A DNA stretch of 64,000 nt from Squalus acanthias (lineage: Eukaryota), in the NCBI GenBank assembly GCA_030390025.1, contig CM059432.1, positions 130,946,001-131,010,000 on the forward strand, in the 5' to 3' direction. Both the position numbers and the translations under genes were made by a program. A model generated the notes under the pieces. That model was not told the origin of the DNA, searched no databases, and was given only the letters and a program-made list of their open reading frames with translations. Positions 27,089 through 40,312 of the stretch are shown piece after piece (position 1 is the stretch's first letter; each line of letters starts with the position of its first letter).

Positions 27089-28742
27089 GGCCTAGAAATT
27101 GGAAGTGTTAGCGCTAGCCGTTAAGGTCCGTTTTGGGAGGGAAAAATGGCAGCTGGTGGGTTCTGCGGCGGCCACCATTTTCGGCTGGTCGGCAGCGCTG
27201 CTGTTGCCTGCGCTCGCTGAAAGTATTGTAATTAGTAGGAGCATGACCTCAATTGGCGTGCAAAGCCAAATTGACGCCCGCTCATCCATTTTGGAGATCA
27301 CAGCTCCTCTTACCGCCCTCTCCAAAGTACGGCCGTGCGTGCAGCCGCTGATGAGCAATTCCCTGAGGACGCTTCAAGTGACAAATTTAAGACAGCCAGA
27401 AAGTAAAGAGAGAATTATCTCCATGTAGCTAATGTAGTGTTTATATTAATCGCAAACCTAGGTCTTGATAGCTAACCCTTGAGATTTGTAGGTAAAGTTT
27501 AAGTTTTTTTTTCAGTTGTTTATTTGAAACTGTCCTGGCTAAGATTGTAATACTGAATGTGTAACAAATGGGAAGATGCAGAATATTGCAACTGATTACT
27601 TCTGAGTGACTATAAGAGTAAGCTTGAGGTTTGGATTAGGAATCACCTATGGATGTTCAGTGTTTTGATCTCTGAAATCTGAAATGTGAATTCAAATTCT
27701 TTAAGTTATCAGCTATGAGTACTCTCTCCTCACCATGGAATAGTAAAAAGCCCTCAGTTGTCAGACCCTCCTAAGCCAGTGACTGAAGTGACCTCAGCAT
27801 ATCAATGAAATTATGACTACAGTATAATGGTTTCAAAAACTACATAGTGCTGGATTTGATCATTCCTGTGCTATATCTTTTTCTTCCTGCTTCATGAAAA
27901 TTTAAACAAGCATTTAAAATAAATAGCTTTGCTTAGTCTCTCTTCCTTTTGAATGAGATGTGTGGGTAAAGTGATGGGGGAGAGTCCTTGAAAGCATTAA
28001 GTGGGCCATCTTGGCTCAATGGCAAAAAAGAAATGAGCAGTGTTCCCTTTTAGCTATGGCGTCCGCAGGGAACGGTTTCTCTTTAAACAACACTGAATTC
28101 TGCATGCCTTCTTCAGCGCAATGAGAGGTACTGACTTTTGCCCTGTTTTACACCCACACCCTCCCCCCTATAAATGAAAGGAGGATCCCATAAAGCCCGA
28201 CGTACGATCAAACCACAGACTTTGCCGGCGCAGTCAACAGACTCCCCACAAATGAATAAATAAGTTGCTGAACCCTTTTTCGATCTGTAGAAATTTTGCG
28301 AGCCGGAGCCTGAGCTGATTTGAAAGATAACACACTTCCATAGGTAGGTTCCGGAGCTTTGCTTGTGTCACTTTCATGCACTTTAAACAGCAAGAGTTTT
28401 CTCCACAAGAGCTGAATGCAATACTGTAACATTGACGGATTGGTGAGCGGTTGGCAGGTAAATTGCTGTAATATATATGGCAACTGTTCCGTACATGGGC
28501 TGCAGGTTGACTCGTTTGTTCCTTGTTCTCCTTAAATCCAAGCGGTAACAGATGCGACCTTTGGCCTCCTGCTCAGCTTCGCGCCGGAAAGAGCACGTCG
28601 CACCACAATTCTCCGCTCTGCTGATGTAAATTAGCAGGCAGTACCAAAATACCGGTGCTGCCTGCGCTCTTGCTGCGGGCGGCCGTTAGCCTTTGCCAGC
28701 GCTGTTACCAGCAGGTTGCCTGCCTACCCGAATTTCTAGGCC
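27089..28742. mobile_element. Harbinger-family ends (GGCCTAGAAATT TIRs) enclosing ~1.1 kb of unrelated sequence
   Basis: TIRs at 27089-27100 and 28731-28742. Subterminal regions resemble those of 16971-19180 in inverted orientation. Confidence 0.6.
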
Positions 28743-31305
28743 AAGGTTTTAACTAGCAAGAATGAATTGTTAAGTCGCTGAAGGACATGCAAGAGCATCT
28801 GTTTGTCACATTTGGAGTACTTAATCAAACATTTGTCCTTTTTGATTTTCGAGTTCAGAGTCAAATTTCTTTCTTTTTTATGTTTTAAACAGTTAGAAAA
28901 CATTATGCCCCCAAAATATGGAGAAATGGGTTTGAAATGTGTTTGCAATTAAATTTCTCAAATGCCCAAGTTTTTTTTCATAGCGAGTACTTCACACAGT
29001 TTTGTGAGGTACTGTTTCTTCACATGCAGAACTGCTGCCAGCATAGTTTACTTTAAGGTTGAGTCAGTCTGCAAATAGATCTTGTCCTTTGTTTTGATAT
29101 TAAAACGCCCTATTCGCCAAGGTTTGCTTTTTCAAAAAAAACACCCAACAGATGTTTCAAGTGTATAACAAAAAGGACACTTGTGCTCCATCTTCAAACA
29201 ACAAATGAAGATGACCTTGTGCTTTGGATAGCTAACTCCTGGCTGTGATTGGTGACATGTCGCATTAACAATGGAAATGCATCCCCAGTAGTATTGGACC
29301 AAACGGAGCAGCGTTTAAATCATGTTGCGAGCAGGGAGCTGTGGTTATACGGCCCACTCACACATTGCCGACTGCCTTTGATGGCCAGTGACCTTTCTAA
29401 TGAGAGAAAAGAACTTGAGGCCAGTTAGAAATTCAAGGCCAATGTAGTGGTCCACCTGCATTTGTTTTTTTTTGTTGAAAAGCTGTGATGTGCAGCACTA
29501 GCAGTGTAAGACCATCTTTGCTGTGTGGATGTGATTAGTACCACTGATTTCTGCAAAATTGGCTAAGTTGTACTGAGGTTATGGATTGGGGTAGCACAAA
29601 ATCAGGTCACAGTGATGCCAAATATAGTGCAGCAGAAGACTATTATAATACACCTTTCTGTGTTGACCTGATTTGTCTAGTTTTTAAATAGTTCTTTTGC
29701 TGGTTATAATGTATATCTATCAGTGGTAGCTATTCTGAATCTTCAAAATGCACCCATGTAAGGTGCCCAGTTTTTTTTTGTTATGTTAGCTAAATAACTA
29801 CAGAAACCATTGATTATTGGCTAACGACTGCTCGAGCTCTAACTCTGGAAGAAATAAAGTGCACCACTTCATTAGCACCAGAAAGCAAAATGATTCCTGA
29901 TGCAGTTGAATCGTAGATCATTTACATAGATTACCTGCAACTAATCAACTTAAGTAAAGCAAAGACCTGACAAATGTGTATTCCTGTCTCCCATAACTGA
30001 TGAAACATGCATTACTTTTGATGCTTTCGGTTTGGGAAAACACTCTTTTTGTCTGGCTTAGCTCATGGCATGGACTGTTTGCATTGCTTTTAACTAATGT
30101 ATGTTATAATAACTGGGGCATAAGGAACATAATAGTTGTGAGATGGTGTAACTCTGACATCGGAGCTTCATCTTTTCCTTTTTATTCAAGCAGTCCTTGT
30201 TCTTGGGCATCTTCATAAGCAGCCATTAATAGCCTGCTGCTTTCCAGATTTGTGGTTGTATTCAGTCCCTTGTTTGTGTTGAGAGGCATGCTCAGAGGCA
30301 CTAAGGCCTTCTGGTGAAACAGATCTGTAATGTACCACAGGCCATTTTGACCAACAGGAGGGAAGAAAACAGGGCAGCAGCAAATTAACTTGGCTGCTAC
30401 CAACCTGCCTATGGTCCTACAAAGACACTTGTCCATCTGCCTTGTGGATGGTTTTAACAAGACTTGCCAACAGTATGGTGTTTTAATAAGAAATTGCTTC
30501 ACTTTTTCAGATCAATTTTAGAAATGTGTGGACAAGAGCAATTTTGGTCTTGTTTAAATTTTTTTTAAAAATTGCAAGGTAGGGAGTTGATAAATGTTAA
30601 ATTGCCACTGTGACAAAATTGTTTGTGGAATTTTTCAGCTATCTGCACTGGGAGGAACTCTATTTAGAAAATTAAAAATCAACAAAAAGTTGGGTTAGTG
30701 ATTTGATAGTGGCAAACAGGCAGAATTACTTTCTACTCGGATGATGACTGCTCCCAGGTGAATGGGATTAAGTGATTTGATAGTACTAAACAGAACTTTA
30801 CTACAACAACTTACATTTATAGCGTGACTTTAAAGTTTAGAAAGAAGTCCTGAGGTCCTTCCCAAATGGAAATAGGGTGGGAGTTCTAGAGAGTGGGGCT
30901 GAGGTGACTGAAAGCTATGCTACCAGTGATGGGGTGATGTGAACACACAGAAGGCCCGAGTCGAGGACAGAAAGGTGTTGGGGGGTGGTTAAATGTTGGG
31001 GTAGGGTGCAGTGATAGAGTGGGGCAAAGCAGTGGATTTGAAGATGAGAATAAGTTTAAATTTAGTAGACAGGCCAGAAGGAGCCAGTGTAGGTCAGTGA
31101 GCATGGGGGTGATGGGCAAATGGAGCTTAGTACAGGATAAAATATGGGCAGTGGCGTTTTGGACAAGTTGGAGTTTGCATAGGCTGGGAGGCCAGAAAGG
31201 TCAGAATTGAAATAATCAAGTGGTAGATGTCAAAAACATGGATCAAGGTTTTAACCATGGCAGTGCTGAGGTAGGGTTGGAGAAAGTCAGTGTTGTGAAG
31301 CTGGA

Positions 31306-32270
31306 AACAAGTGCCAGGCAATGACCATCTCCAACAAGAGAGAGTCTAACCACCGTCCCTTGACATTCAATGGCATTACCATTGCCGAATCCCCCACCAT
31401 CAACATCCAGGGGGGGTCACCATTGATCAGAAACTTCACTGGATCAGCCGCATAAATACTGTGGCTACAAGAGCAGGTCAGAGGCTGGGTATTCTGTGGC
31501 GAGTGACTCACCTCCTGACTCCCCAAAGCCTTTCCACTGTCTACAAGGCACAAGTCATGAGTGTGATGGAATACTCTTCACTTGCCTGGAGGAGTGCAGC
31601 TCCAACAACAAGCAAGAAGCTCGACACCATCCAGGGCAAAGCAGCCCGCTTGATTGGCACCCCATTCTCCACCTTAAACGTTTACTCCCTCCACCTTCGG
31701 CGCACCATGGCTGCAGTGTGTACCAGCCAATGTTCCCTCTAAGCTGCACGCATGCATGGCCGCGCAGTAATCTGCAAGGTACCTGCGCGGACCGCTCACA
31801 ACCTTTTCCGTTTGAAATACCGCCCACGCACAGAAATTTAAAGGGGACTGCGCATTGAAATTAACGGGCCATGCACAGCAAAGACAATTTAGAGGGAACA
31901 TTGGTACCATCTACAAGATGCACTGCAGCAACTCGCCAAGGCTTCTTCGGCAGCACCTCCCATGCCCCCCACCTCTACTGCCTAGAAGGACAAGGGCAGC
32001 AGGCACGTGGGAACACCACCACCTGGATGTTCCTCTCCAAGTCACACACCATCCTGACTTGGAAATATATCACCGTTTCTTTATCATCGCTGGGTCAAAA
32101 TCTTGGAACTCCCTCCCTAACAGCACTGTGGGGGTACCTTCAACACGCGGACTGCAGCGGTTCAAGAAGGCGGCTCACCACCACCTTCTCGAGGGCAATT
32201 GGGGATGGGCAATAAATGCTGGTCTTGCCAGCGACGCCCACATCCCATGAATGAATAACACAAAAAAAAT
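31306..32270 (+). mobile_element. CR1/L2-group LINE 3' portion (second family) with A-rich tail
   Basis: ATRAGQRLGILWRV...MEYSSLAW...KKLDTIQGKAARLIG...WNSLPN...FKKAAHHHLLEGN. Confidence 0.88.
31728..31903. mobile_element. hAT-type MITE, 176 bp
   Basis: Perfect 15-bp TIRs CAATGTTCCCTCTAA / TTAGAGGGAACATTG. 8-bp TSD gtaccagc (31720-31727) / gtaccatc (31904-31911). Confidence 0.9.
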
Positions 32271-33459
32271 AGGTAGTCAGCAATGGATAGGATGTGGGGT
32301 TTTAAGCTTAGCTCAGGGTCGAACAGGACGCCAAGATTTCACATGGTCTGTTTTAGCATTAGCAAGTGATGGGAATTGGAATGGAATCAGTAGAATCAAA
32401 GGCAACAGTGTGGAATTTATGGCAGGGTTCAAAAACTATTGTTTTGGTAATCCCAATGTTCAATTGGAGGAAGTTGTGGCTCATACATGAATTGATGTCA
32501 GACAGGCAGTTTGACAGTATGGAGGTCATTGTGTGGTTGTTCACTGTATGCTGTAGAGAGGTCAAGGACGGATAACGTGTCACAGTCACCGAGATGTTTG
32601 TGATTTTCAGTGCTCTAAGCGGGGCGGAAGCTGGACAGGAGGGATTTAAACAAAGAGTTTTGACTGAGATGTGCACAGAGCTGGGAGATACCAACGCTAT
32701 GTAGAACCTTAGAGAGGAAAGCGAGTTTAAATAATGGGGTGATTAGTTAGAGCGGATATTTAAAACACTTGTACATTGCTGTTTGGGCTCACGGAGAGAA
32801 CTGCAATCTGAGCATTGCTCTTTTATTACTGCACCTGTGTTGTCAATCCTTGTAGGAGGTCCTGTAGAAAAAATTCCATGCCACTGACCTTTGATCTCAG
32901 GATCCTAGGCGTTCTGTGTTGCAAGGAGTTTGGCTCATTTCTATTACAATGTGACTGGGTACAACACATCTGTCAACGGTACATTAGGAATATTAAAGCT
33001 TTCCCTTGCCTGGCCACTTTTCGTCTATACCTCTAAGATAATTTAGGTGGCACAGTTATTGTTGCAGTGTACTGCTTTATGGAGTGATTGGGTGCAGGTT
33101 CATCTCAAATTTTTAACATGGGAAGCTTCTGATCTGAGCTGTACCATCGGAGACGTATAGAGCAGAAGGCAGGTGCTTCCTCACAGGCAGGTAGGGAAGA
33201 TTTCGGAGTTCCTTCACCTGCTGGTCCTACCCCTGGCGGCTATGCTCCCATATCTCATGATTGACGAGAGCTTGGAAATGGTCTGCTTTATACTTTTCAG
33301 TCTGAAAATTAAAGTGCAATATTATTGTATGAATGCTTAATATGTTCATAATAAATTCCTCTGATTTTAACTCTCAGTAACCTATTCAAGGGTTAACTCC
33401 CTTCTTTAAACAGACAAAGGAATTTGGTACAAAAGGATTAAGTATTCATATAATCATAT

Positions 33460-33886
33460 AAGGTTGGAGAAGCTGGATTTATTTTCATTAGAGCAAAGGA
33501 GGTTGAGGGGTGATTTGATAGAGGTGTACAAGATTATGACGGATTTGGGTAGGCTAGATGAGGAAAGGCTGTTCCCACTAGTTGATGGTACAAGGACTAG
33601 GGGACACAGATTTAAGGTTTTGGGCAAGAGATACAGGGGGGATGTGAGGCAAAACATTTTTACGCAGCGAGTGGTGAGGACCTGGAACTCGCTGCCGACT
33701 GAAGTGGTGGAAGCGGAAACACTCAGTGTTTTCGAGGGAAGATTGGATAGGCACTTGAGGGAAGTAAACTTGCAGGGCTACGGGAATAGAGCGGGGGAAT
33801 GGGACTGACTGGATTGCTCTACAGAGAGCCGACACGGACTCGATGGGCTGAATGGCCTCCTTCTGTGCCGTTATGACTCTGACTCT
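33460..33886 (+). mobile_element. CR1 3' fragment
   Basis: LEKLDLFSLEQRRLRGDLIEVYKI...FTQRVVRTWNSLP plus 3' UTR hairpin and gactct tail. Confidence 0.9.
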
Positions 33887-36017
33887 ATTGCTCAATATAA
33901 TTTCCAGTCAACGGGGCATTTATGGCGGGGGTCAAACACTGAACCATCCATAGGAGAAGAGGATAAAACAAATATTTAATTCTCCATCATTTCTTTGCAC
34001 ACTTCAAAGAATCAGTTGACATGCAGGTCAACTATTTCTGTCTAGCATTAGAAATACTTCATATGAAAAAAATTAGGTTATAGGAGCATATATGCATGAG
34101 AAGTTTTATTCTCTGATGCTGACATTAAGGGTTTGGTGTTATCAATTTTTGAAGCGCACTTTTCCATTGCTACTTGTGAATTATTGAAGAGGTTTCACTT
34201 CGCCAGCAATATTCCTGTTCCATTCCAAGTTCCCAAATGAGGTAACTTTTACATGACCACTTGAAGATATAGGTTAAAAAATGCATTTCTATCCCCTGTA
34301 GATTTGTTGTAATTTTAATCTCCTAACGAGCAGCTTCTCCAAAGGTGTTTTAATGATGACGTGAGCATCATAAGCCAGCTTTATATTTGGCCTAAAAAGC
34401 CATTTCAGAATGCTGGCAGGTGGTAATGAATCATGAAAAGAACCCTTCCAGTCATTGCATGTTCAAGTCAGCTTCACACTAATTAGTGATTGAATAGCTC
34501 GAAGGATATTTTCAACAGTGAATGGCATTCATTTCAAAATACAAGCTTGTTTTCTTCTCATTGCGTGCATCCACAACATAAAGCTGATCAAATACCATTC
34601 AGACTTGAGCTGAAAATGTTTTTTCTTAACCACAATAAAAGAGTTAGAGATTATGGGGTGGAGGGAGAGAGCAGAAAAGGCTTGTGATCACTAATCTAGG
34701 ATCGGAAAACAACACCTCGCGTTTCTTGGCCTTTCTTCACTCTTGCATTCATTAGGGTTTTAAAATTAATTTTTTCATCACCCAGTCACTATTTCCTGGT
34801 TTACCTTGTCATCTTTTATTCCTTTCAACCTTAGTGTTGTTTTCTTACACTGTGGGCCTTGGCCCTTCAAGGTATCTCAATTAAAAAAAAATCTATTGCA
34901 TATTGGTGTGTTGTTGGCACCCTGAAGCTATAGGTAAGTGTTGTAATAAGTGTAGAAGGGTTTGTTCCCACTTGCATGTCCTTTGTATTTGTCCACTAAT
35001 CCAGTCATACAGGGTCATGGTACTTCAGGTGGGTAAGCCTATTATGGATATTTCTATTGCACCCAAACCATTTGTCTTGGCTCTTCCTTTTCCATTGAAA
35101 TTCAGAATGAGTCATTTAATCAATCTGTTGTTCATTGTGCACCATTACATTCCATTTCTCTTGAGACAGCTGCTGATGCCACCTTGCTTGGCCTGGGAGA
35201 AGTGATTGTGAAAGTTGGCTCAATTGAATATGTTCTTTTAATTTATCTGAGGCAAAATTTATTCACTTGTGGAATTATTGCCCATGAAGGTGGGGAAGAT
35301 TGTGTTAGCTCCAGTATTCTCACTTTGTTATCAGGTGAGTGTGCTCTGGGCTGTGGTTGTTGGTGCTAGGGTTCTGAAAGGGCTCTGTATTTCTCTCTTA
35401 TCTCATTGTACAGTATGGTGGGGGCACTACCTCGTCTGGACGTGTCCTTCCTCTCCCCCTTTACTTTATTATTTGCCCATTTTCCTCAGTTTATTATCCC
35501 ACAGGTATTCATTTGGTCTGCCCCAAACACACACTCCCAACTAATCCTTAGGAGCTCTTAAAATCCTGCATAAGGCCTTTCTTACTGCAATTTCTGTGAC
35601 TTGCTATCCTGGTCGTAATCACTCCTACTAATAGCAGGCCTGAATTAGGCCTCATGATTTTTTGCTTCTCCTTTGAGACTCTGATCATAGTACCTTATGT
35701 TTCAGTTTGTAGGATCTTTTGAAGTTAATGGTTGGTTAGCTTAATTGTTTCTGAGGTACTTATGTTTGCTGTAATATTGCTTATTCTGCTGTACATAGCG
35801 TGATGCTAGCTTTTTTTCCTTATTTTTCTTTACTTGCTTGGATTTTTCCTCCACACACTTTGAGCTATTGCTATGTAATTTCAAAATTTCAAAATAAAGT
35901 TTTTATAACTGACTTCCTGGAAAGGTGAGGATTTGTTGAATGTTACAACATAATTTTCTATCAAAAGGTTTGATGAAAAATACCAGATAAATCTTGGTGT
36001 TGTTTCAACTCCTTGAA

Positions 36018-36505
36018 GGGTCATCCAAAACTCGGCTGCCTGTGTCCTAACTCGCACCAAGTCCCGGTCACCCATAATCCCGGTGCTCACTGATTCACAT
36101 TGGCTCCTGGTTAAGCAACACCTTGATTTTTAAAATTCTCATCCTTGTTTTCAAATCCCTCCATGGCCTCACCCTCCCTATCTTTGTAATCTCCTCCAGC
36201 CCTGCAATCCCCCGACATATCTGCGCTCCTCTAATTCTGGCCTCTTGAGCTTCACCATTGGTGGCCGTGCCGTCAGCTGCCTAGGCCCTAAGCTCTGGAA
36301 TTCCCTGCCTAAACCTCTCCGCTTCTCTACCTCTTTCCTCCTTTAAGACGCTCTTTAAAACTTACCTCTTTGACCAAGCTTTTGGTCATCTGCCCTAATT
36401 TCTCCTTGTGTGGCTTGGTGTCAAATTTTGTTTTATAGCACTCCTGTGAAGTGTCTTGGGACGTTTTACTGTGTTAAAGGTGCTATAAAAATACAAGTTG
36501 TTGTT
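36018..36505 (+). mobile_element. L2 LINE 3' fragment
   Basis: QNSAACVLTRTKSRSPIIPVLTDSHWL... and tail aaggtgctataaaaatacaagttgttgttg. Confidence 0.85.
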
Positions 36506-39060
36506 GAGAGATTCTATCCACTCACTATTGCAGCATTTTTTTGGACTGTAGCAGCACAACACTGAGGCAATTTTATTTCTGTTTTATTTTTGAAGTGGAA
36601 CTGGAAAAATGTACAGGTTAGCTTTAGATTTCTTTGCTGCTAATTCACTGGCTGCATCAAGATCTTAATTAGTCACTTGGGAAGTGGCTGCAGGTTGTGT
36701 AGAAAGTGTCAGTGTTACCACATCAAAGCCAGAACAGAGCTAATCACAGAAGCTTCCTGCTGCATTGCAGTGTGACTGCGTCATAACTATGAATAGTAAT
36801 ACAGTGCAGCCCGCTTAAATGCACATTGATTTTGCGAGCTAGAAATATGCACTAAACCAAGCTGTGCATTTTAACTGATCTGTGTTTTGCTTCAACTGCA
36901 ACAGTTTTATTATTGTGTATTGTACTGTCTCTAATCTTCACAATTTATCTTTTTCCTTTCTTAATTGTTCTCTACTTTGCAGTGTATTAAAGGATAATGT
37001 TTTAATCCTGACATAATTAGGCATCTAAATGAGCTGGTGAGGAGAACCTGTGTTGCGTGTACAGTAACCAGCTGGAGTGGAAGGGGAGAGATGAAGTATT
37101 ATTGAAATGACTTAGTTTGTGTGGGGAGAGTTTTAGCATGCATAAATGGGTCCACTCAGTATGTGAAACCATGGCAGGTCATGCTATGATCTGGTGTTTA
37201 ACGAAGTGGTTTTCATTTTATTTGAACTGAATTTGTTAATCACAAGAATGGTGCATAAATGTACTATTACAAATGTTTTAAAAAATGTTTTGCATTGTTG
37301 CAAATCTAGAAAAGTAAGTGATGAAAATACTACAGTTTAGAGTTAAACAAAGCTGTGAGGAAATGAATACAAAGTAAAATGTTCTGTAGTCATTCAGACT
37401 GTGTCCACTCATGGCAGCTATTCATTTGAGTTTAAAAAGAATGATTTGACCAATTAGAAGTTCTGTAGCTCTTACAATTGAACACAAACCCATGGAGGAA
37501 GGTTTCCTTTGTTTGCTATTTGTAATTGCACAATAGCGAACAGAAGAAATTCCCTCCCTACTAACTCTATGAACTTAAATGGATTTGCAATCTGTGATGG
37601 TAAATGTAGTTCCCAACTTTTTTCTGATTTTTGACAACTCTGGTAAGTGTAGCAGCTGCATGCTGTATCATTTTAATTTATTGTATGACTTTTATAATGC
37701 ACAGAATCTTAAAGTTATATGGTAATGCCTGTTTAGGGGTCTCTCCTGAAGTAACTGAGAGTTTGAGGGTGCACTGGCTGGTAAGTAACTACGCGTGCAC
37801 AGTTGACTCAAGAATCTTGCGTATCAAAAAATGCTTGGTAATCCTCTCCCTGGTCCATTTTCTTTCTTTCCGCCGCGCCCCCCCCCCTCCCCGTGCCCTC
37901 ACCCAATAACAGGTTGAGAACCCTGTGTGCAGTGTTTTTCTAAAATTCAATTTTTTGCCCTTCAAAAGCTCTTCATTTCCTTCAGCTGGCAACTTGTGTG
38001 ATAACCAAAGTAACCAAAGTTTGAGATTAACTATTATGTGTAGGGAGTAGATGATGCGAGATGGAGGAAGCAGGTAGTGACTGTGCTTTTATCGACATGC
38101 CAACTGTGAAAAGCACCTGTTAGTCCATGAGTAGAGGAGGATTAGATTTAAAAGAAAATCTACCTGATTTTAATCCAAATAAGGGTGGCGCAGGTGGTTG
38201 TGTCAGGTGACTTTTGGCCCTGAGAACAGACAATTCAGACAGCATTAGTTTCAAATTTGGTGTTTCAGTATTTAAGTAAATTGGAAAAAAAGTTAGGTCC
38301 TGATTGTGAACCTAAAGTAAACAGCTATGCTCAACGACTGGATGTACTGCTTTTCTTCAGTGTTGGTAATCCATATCAGACTGCCTCTTGAGTCCACCTT
38401 AAAGGTGCTAGTAAGCAGAGCATGTATTGCTAAATGTACCACTAACTAGTTATTGTACCTTCGACAACACACACATTTATATTCAACACACCTCTGCCCA
38501 CTGTTACTTCAATTTTAAACAGGAACGTGCTTAAAGTTCTAGATGTTTAAAGTGCCCCGGGTGGAGCACCCGTTGAATGTGCAGTAACATGAACTCGCCC
38601 AAGTAACCAACTGGTGTTGCATTCAACAACAAATACTTAGTCCACTGGCAATACAAATATTTAGAACTCCTATTTTAAACAAGACCACATTTATGTGCCA
38701 GCGAGAACACGTGTTGAAAATAGCACCAACCATTTTCTGGATATGCGGGCTATTCAATGCACTATCCACTCACTGGATAGCAAGCACATTTTAGGAGCAC
38801 ATTGCATAGTTGCAGGCAGACAACACTGGGACTTGGGTGGATGGAGCAAGGCAGAGCATCAGCAATTAGTGTAGCATGAGTAGAGCTACAATCCTGCTAA
38901 TCTGATCAATACAACCGAACCCTATTGACTATTATATTCATATGCAACCACACATGAAATGGTTGGACACTGGCAGGGACACCAGGATCATTACTTGCAA
39001 ATGATTGCTGCAAATGGTGGTGACTAAAATCCAATTCCTCTGTAGAATAATAAACACTAT

Positions 39061-39834
39061 GGAGGTGAAATTGGGTGCCTTTGCGCCTCCTGTTAGTGCC
39101 CCGAGGAGCGCTAACGGGGCACAAATGGTTTTGCGACCGGGCGCGGCGCTGACATCGACTTCTGCCATATTTGGCGGGGGTTTTGCGCCCCGATCTACTT
39201 CGCCCGGAGATTGTGACGTCCTCGCCGCGTGCATCGCCCCGGACCTGAAATTGACTTCCGTCCCCTGCAGCAGCGCCGGTCGAAAACACTGACAGCTGCA
39301 GGAGGTGTGCATCGGCTGGTCAGTCGCTTCGGGGGCGATGATTAAAGGCGAGGTGGCTGAGGTAAGTTTAAAAAAAAAGACTTAACTTTCCTGTTACAGT
39401 TTTTTTCGCGGGTTCCTGCCCGTGATAGTTTTTTTCGCGGGTTCCTGCCCGTGATAGTTTTTTTCGCGGGTTCCTGCCCGTGATCGATCAGCCCAGCACT
39501 CTGCTCGAGTGTCGGGCTGATCGCGCGAGATCGCGGCTGCCTTGGTGGTCCAGTTAGGTACCTTTTTTAAATTGCAGAGCCTGCAGCGATGGCCCTTCCT
39601 TTTAAGGGAGGGAAGGAGTCTTTGAACGTGGCAGCGCTGCACGGCCCAGTGTGCAGCGCTGCTGAAGTCTCCGCACCGCTCTCCGACATTAGCGCCCTAA
39701 GAAGGAAGTGGAGCGCTTAAAGCGCTCCACTTCCCTCTTGGGGAGCTAAAACTCAATTTCGCGGTTGCCGGTGCTAGTTAGCGCCAGGCGCTGATGTTAG
39801 CGCCCCAAAATGGTCGATACCGAATTTTGCCCCC
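39061..39834. mobile_element. Harbinger-like MITE, CpG-rich
   Basis: TIRs ggaggtgaaattgg / ccgaattttgccccc with TAT on both flanks. Related to 25714-26630. Confidence 0.82.
39398..39484 (+). repeat. Three perfect copies of a 29-bp minisatellite
   Basis: Unit AGTTTTTTTCGCGGGTTCCTGCCCGTGAT starts at 39398, 39427 and 39456. Confidence 0.95.
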
Positions 39835-40149
39835 TATGTATTATATAGACGGAATGTATTGCAGGGCCTCTTGGTTTACAGAGAATAAACTACTTGTGCC
39901 AATACAAATTAAATGGCACTCCATAAATTACCGATCTCCATCTGCCCTGTGGGAATATGGCATAATATTTGAGTTAGCTTTTAATTCCGGTTTTCTTCAG
40001 TCAGTTCCCAAGGTGGGTGGATGTGATTGGAAGTGATAATTTTTCCCTAATTGTCAATGTGGATAAACCACCTAGTATAAATGGGGTGGTTTTCTGAATC
40101 AAGAGGTTGTAAATCTGGCATCTAACTTTAGAAATAGTGCCTTCATTTA

Positions 40150-40312
40150 TACTACAGGGTTGCTTCAAGGCAAGAGTGAAATCAGGAAGCACTTTTTCCA
40201 CACAAAGGGTAGTGGTAACCTGGAACACTTCCCCCAAAAGGCCAGGGACATTGAGTCAATTGAAATTCTCAAGACTGAGATTGACAGATTTTTATTAGGT
40301 AAGGGTATCATA
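40150..40312 (+). mobile_element. Degenerate CR1 3' fragment
   Basis: EIRKHFFH...ILKTEIDRFLLGKGI. Confidence 0.65.

Larger units (their letters stand above)
30800..32750 (-). mobile_element. Decayed L2 LINE (about 30800-31305 and 32275-32750) interrupted by another LINE
   Basis: Minus-strand translations PITPMLTDLHWL and LSNCLSDINSCMSHNFLQLNIGITKTIVF are typical of L2 ORF2. Confidence 0.7.

Noticed and set aside
30690..30805. Short imperfect direct duplication (agtgatttgatagt...aaacag)
   Set aside because: Two small degenerate copies consistent with ordinary local duplication, with no further structure.
39361..39399. gtaagt...ttcctgttacag as an intron inside the MITE
   Set aside because: Only about 38 nt long, too short for a normal vertebrate spliceosomal intron.
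39398..39484. 29-bp direct repeats as a CRISPR array
   Set aside because: The copies are directly tandem with no spacers, lie inside a MITE in vertebrate DNA, and have no cas genes nearby.
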